Both the position numbers and the translations under genes were made by a program. A model generated the notes under the pieces. That model saw only the letters and a program-made list of their open reading frames with translations, was not told the DNA's origin and did not search any database. From Neocallimastix sp. 'constans' (lineage: Eukaryota), in the NCBI GenBank assembly GCA_050613775.1, contig JBODTK010000137.1, positions 310,001 to 374,000 on the forward strand: 64,000 bases of DNA, given 5' to 3'. Shown here piece by piece: positions 58,541 to 64,000 of this stretch (its first letter is position 1; every line of letters begins with the position of its first letter).

Positions 58541-59983
58541 TTAGAAAGGATTATTTAATAACTATTAATTTTATATATAAATATTTTAATATTATTAAAA
58601 TTAGTTTATTATATTATTATTGATTTTTCTTTTTATTATTACTATTATTAAATAAATAAATTAAAATTTAAATATTTTATTAATATTATTATTAATTAAC
58701 TTACCCATTCAACGGCAGCTTCAACACGTCCACCGGTTATAGTAAGAGCACGAATATTTTGAGCAGAATCATAGAAACCCATATCTTGTAATTGAGCTAA
58801 TTGTGTACTGTATCTAACTTCTGGTGGTTGTTGATTGGCAGCAGCATTAGCGCCAGCAGCAGCTCCAGCGGCAGCTCCGGCACCTGGCATACCCATACCT
58901 GGCATTCCTCCTAACATACTAAGTAAAGCTGACATATCTGGCATTTGTGGAGTAGCTGGTGTTGCACCAGTTTGTGGTGTAGTTGTACTTCCTGGAGTTG
59001 AAGCAGTATTAGAAGCTGGAGTTTGGAATTGACCGAATGGATTAGCAGCACCAGCAGCACCGGCGCCGGCACCACCAAACATATTACCATACATATTACT
59101 TAATTGAAGAATACTTCTTAAAGTTTCTATTTTATATCATTTAATTATTACAAATTATTAAATTATAAAATAATTTATTTAAAACAAAATTAATATTTAA
59201 ATAATAAAAATATATATATTTTTTTTTTATTTCTATTTTTTTTTTTTTTCAAAACTATAAAACATATATATCGAGAATGAAAATGTATTTCTTATTTGTA
59301 TTTAAATTACCTGGATTACTCATCATTTGATTCATTGTACTACGGAATTCTGGTGTATTAAAAGCAGCTAATTGTGGTGAAGAACTAAATAACATATCCA
59401 TCATTTGTGGATTTTGGAACATAGAAGATAACATATTTAATACAGCTGGATTTTCAAGCATAGAATTTAACATATTTGGATCGAGTGGGGGTAAATTACC
59501 ACCAAATGGACTTGCTGGATTTTGTGCTTGATTATTCATAGCAGAAGCAAATCCACTATTAAAACCAAGTTGAGCAAATGGATTAGCTGCACCTTGTCCT
59601 AATTGAGCAAATGGATTAGCTGCTGCTGGAGATGGTTGTGAAGCAGCTGGAGCTGGGGTAGTTGTTGAAGCTGGAGTTGAAGCAGTAGTAGTTTCAGCTG
59701 CTTTAGTAGTTTCAGCTGGCTTTGGTTGATGCTTTTTAGCTCTAACCATATGAATAGTGTTACCATTTTTAACCTTTATATTTTCAATAGTTTCATTATT
59801 ATCTTTTAAAATTCTTCCAGCATAAATTAATGTTTGTTGGTCTGGTTCTAATGGAGTATCAGTTGAACTTAATTGTTCAGCTATTTTTTGTTTCAAAACT
59901 GAGACAGTATCAGTAGATTTTAAAGTTACAGTTAACTTCTTTTCATTAGAAAATTTGATGTTAATGGTTAATTCTTCTGACAT
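58541..59983 (-). CDS. DSK2: Ubiquilin (UBL-STI1-UBA), 3 exons
   Basis: UBL ([17 protein letters not shown]), STI1-like M/N/P repeats, and [50 protein letters not shown]. Confidence 0.95.
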
Positions 59984-61086
59984 CTTTAATTTCTACTATA
60001 TGTTTAAATTATTTTTATATATATTATATAATTGAAAATTTATTTTATTTATTTTTAATATTTTCAATGAAATGCGAAAAAAAGAATAATTTTCGACGAA
60101 ATAATTTAGGTTTATTGTTGTAAATAATGATTTATTATTGTTTTATAATTGTTTTAATATTTTTTATTTTTATTATTGTTTAAATTATATTTTGTTTGTT
60201 TATGTGAATTCCAAATTTATAAATAATGGATGTGAAAAAATATATATATATATATGTAAAATTTTATAATATAAATAATAATTAATAAATATGTATATAT
60301 TTAGATATTGTGGTTATTTAATTAGGTACGCTATTTAAAATATAATTTTTTTCTTTTTTTTATCTATTATATATTTATATTGTTTCTTATTATTATCAAA
60401 TATAAGAAAAAAAAAATAACAAAAAATAAAAATTATAGGAAATCAAATCTTTTTATATCAAATAAAAAAAATAACAATAATAATTAAACAAACTCTTTTT
60501 AATCCCTTATTACAAATTATTTTATTAAAAAAAAAAAAAAAAAAAAAAAAGGAAAAAGATTTTCTATTCCATTCTAATTCATATCTGCCACCAATACTAA
60601 TTAATAAATCTCAATTATATTTTTACCTTTTTTTACAGTATATTAAATAATATTGGTTATAAAAATAAAAATAAAAAAAAATAAAAAATAAAAAAAAGAA
60701 TAGAAAAGAATTTAGTAAATAAAAATAATTAATTAATTTCACTATTAAATTAAATCTAATTATCAATACTAATTGGATTTAATAATTATATTATAAGTAT
60801 TAAAATTAATAATTTATAGAACAGAATGGAAATAAAAATATATTGAGGGTTAGAATTGAGTTTATTTATATTAGATACTTATTTCAGCCTATGAAATTGC
60901 TATTTTATTTTGATTTAATAAGATTGAATTATTTTTTTTATCTTTTTAATAAAAAGTAAAATTAAATATTATTTACTTATTCATTTATTTATTTATTTAT
61001 TTATTATTTATTTATTTTTTATTTTTTATTTATTATTTTTTATTTATTTATTTATTTATTTTTTATTTATTATTTTTTATTATTTT

Positions 61087-61177
<91 letters not shown>

Positions 61178-61654
61178 TAATCATTTTAATGATCAAATAA
61201 AAAAAAAATATATTCAATATAGTTATTAACAAAAAAATGAATTAGTAAAATATTTATTTTAATCTATTTGTTTATATTATAATTTTAATTATTAATTGAT
61301 TTTTATTTTTATATTTTGTATGGTTGAACATTAGCTTATTTAATAATATCACATGATTTTTCAATTTTATTTTTATTTTATTCATAAATACCACATGTTT
61401 TTTACTCCTAACATAAATTTTATATCATTAATTTTTTTTTATTTATTTTTACATTCAATTTTTTTTTCTTTTTTCGAGTTTAATCTCTCAACAAAAATAA
61501 AATAGTGCTTACTATATTATTTATAATTTATAATATTAATAATATTAATTTTAAGTATCATTAATAATTATTAATCAAATATATAGTATTTATTATATAT
61601 ATTTAAACTAATATTTATTTATAATTATAATTATTAATAGTTAAATATTTTTTT

Positions 61655-62295
61655 TATTTATTTATATCTATTATTTATTATTTATTATTTATTATTTATT
61701 ATTTATTGTTTATTATTTATTATCTATTCAATTATTTATATTTATTATTTATTATTTATTATTTATTATATATTATTTATTATTTATTATATATTATTTA
61801 TTATTTATTATTTATTATTTATTATCTATTATTTATTATTAATTATTTATTATTTATTATCTATTATTTAATTATTTATATTTATTATTTATTATTTATT
61901 ATTTATTATTTATTATTTATTATTTATTATTCAATTATTTATTATTCAATTATTTATTATAATTATTTGATTATTTATTATTTATTATTTATTATTCAAT
62001 TATTTATTATTCAATTATTTATTATTTATTATTTATTATTTATTATTCGATTATTTATTATTTATTATTTATTATTCAATTATTTATTATTCAATTATTT
62101 ATTATTTATTATTTATTATTTATTATTTATTATTTATTATTTATTATTCAATTATTTATTATTCAATTATTTATTATTTATTATTTATTTATTATTTATT
62201 ATTTATTATTTATTATTTATTATTTATTATTTATTATCTATTATTTAATTATTTATTATTTATTATTTATTATTTATTGTTTATTTATTTATTTA
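61655..62295. repeat. Imperfect heptamer (TTATTTA/TTATTAT) array
   Basis: Low-complexity array producing the spurious ORF 61706..62248. Confidence 0.9.
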
Positions 62296-63094
62296 TTGTT
62301 ATGGTGGTTAATAGTAATAACACGTTTGTCACCTAATCATTGGATAATTGTAATTTTGATCATATAAAATATGTATGGTTCGTCATATTTATTGATTGCA
62401 TATATATCAATATATTATTTAATTAAATTGTATTATAGTATTTTAATATTATTAATCTTTTTATTTTTATTTAATAAATTTAATATATTTTTATTTCTTA
62501 ATAATAATTAAAGCAATACATAATGGTTAACAAAAAATGAAAAGGATATTACTAATAAATTATGAATATTAATAAGTCAAAAAAAAAAAATATAGTTACA
62601 CACTTATTGTTAATAATAATAATAATATTTATTATTACTATTTTATTATTTTTTTTTATTTCATAATAAATATAAAAAAGTAAAAGAAAAAAGAAATAGA
62701 AATTTTACTAAATTACAAATGAATAATATTGAATAATATTAATTTGTCATATTATATTCATAATTTATTCAAATATATGTAAAATATATAAAACTTAATT
62801 TAACTTTTAAATAACCATTTATTAAATTTATTAATAGTATTTCATAATAAGACATATTTAATATTATCTATTATTAAGATTTGGTAATATAATTATAATT
62901 AAGATTTATTATTATAATAATATTACTAAAAAAACATGAAGATTTCACATTTTAATATATTATTATAAAATCATTTATATATATATATATTTTTCGGTCG
63001 AGGAAGGATATATATAAAAAATAAAAATATCCTACTATAGTATAATTTTTTCTCATGTTTTTTTTTTTTAAAGTCTAAATATAATTAATTGTAT

Positions 63095-63126
<32 letters not shown>

Positions 63127-63503
63127 TTAAAAAAAAATTTAAAAAAAATTAAAATAAAAATTAAAAATTGAAAAATAGATAAAAATTAAGGTACTCATTA
63201 AATTGAAATATATTTAAAATAAAAAAGTATTTAAGTCATTTTAATGAATATATAAAAATTTAAATAAATATCATATTTAATAAATAAAAAAGGCCTTTAA
63301 AATATTTTGAAAAATGCTGTTATTTTTTTTTTAATTTTATATTTTTATTTTTGTTTTAATATTAATACTAAATAAAATTTAAATATTTTTTAATTATTTA
63401 ATGTAAAATTTCTTTAATAATAAATATTTATCTTGTTATATAAATTAAGCGATTTTGATATATTTTGTTATATATCATATTTCATAAAGAGATAAATCAT
63501 AAA

Positions 63504-64000
63504 ATGTTTAGAAAAACTACATTTTTGGCCTTATTGGCTTTTTGTCTTTGTATAGTTTCTGCAAAAATAGTTGATCTTGACGATACTAAATTCAAAGAGG
63601 TAAAAATATAATTTTATAAATATAATTAATTTTTCAATATAAAATATTTAAAAATGAAAATGTAATTATATATATTTTTATTGAAATATTAATGATTTTA
63701 ATTCATTATTACTAATTAATAGTTAGTTGGAGGTGAAGTACCATTATTAGTAGAATTTTATGCTCCATGGTGTGGTCACTGTAAAGTAAGTTTCGATAAT
63801 AATATGTTTCATTCTAAAAAATAATAATGATTAAAAAAAGGACTATAATAAATGATAGTAGTAGCAATAATAATAAATAATTTAAAAAAGTATATGATAT
63901 TAATAATGATATTTAAATATTTATTATTAAATATATATTTAAAATGGTAGAATTTAAAACCAACTTATGAAGCACTTGCAGATTCCTATGACCACGTTAG
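63504..64000 (+). CDS. Protein disulfide isomerase (PDIA6/TigA-like), 5' part; runs off the window
   Basis: Signal peptide MFRKTTFLALLAFCLCIVSA, then KIVDLDDTKFKE|LVGGEVPLLVEFYAPWCGHCK|NLKPTYEALA (thioredoxin WCGHC). Confidence 0.93.

Overview
Extremely AT-rich, intron-rich eukaryotic DNA. The composition, the flagellar genes (IFT57, axonemal dynein LC1) and the fungal-type proteins point to an anaerobic gut fungus (Neocallimastigomycota); this taxon call is inferred. Genes assembled by hand from exons are: a Cys-rich single-pass PY-motif membrane protein, DNAL1/LC1 (three frame lesions), a Spo7-like Nem1 regulatory subunit, U2AF1, IFT57, a Cys-rich TM-SH3 protein, a 150-aa orphan secreted/anchored protein missed by the ORF track, a FYVE protein with a probable GC-AG intron, SWI1/ARID1, ubiquilin DSK2 and the 5' end of a PDI. 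Positions 8.7-16.6 kb form a rearranged, TE-rich block: a chimeric pseudogene fusing two genes found later in the window, a poly(A)-tailed fragment, MITE-like hairpins and a decayed APE-RT-CCHC LINE. Two GC-richer, hairpin-dense non-coding islands (41.1-41.6 kb and 57.2-57.6 kb) are the best candidates for unannotated structured RNAs. The rest is microsatellite and low-complexity intergenic sequence. Exon coordinates were read by eye and may be off by a few bases.
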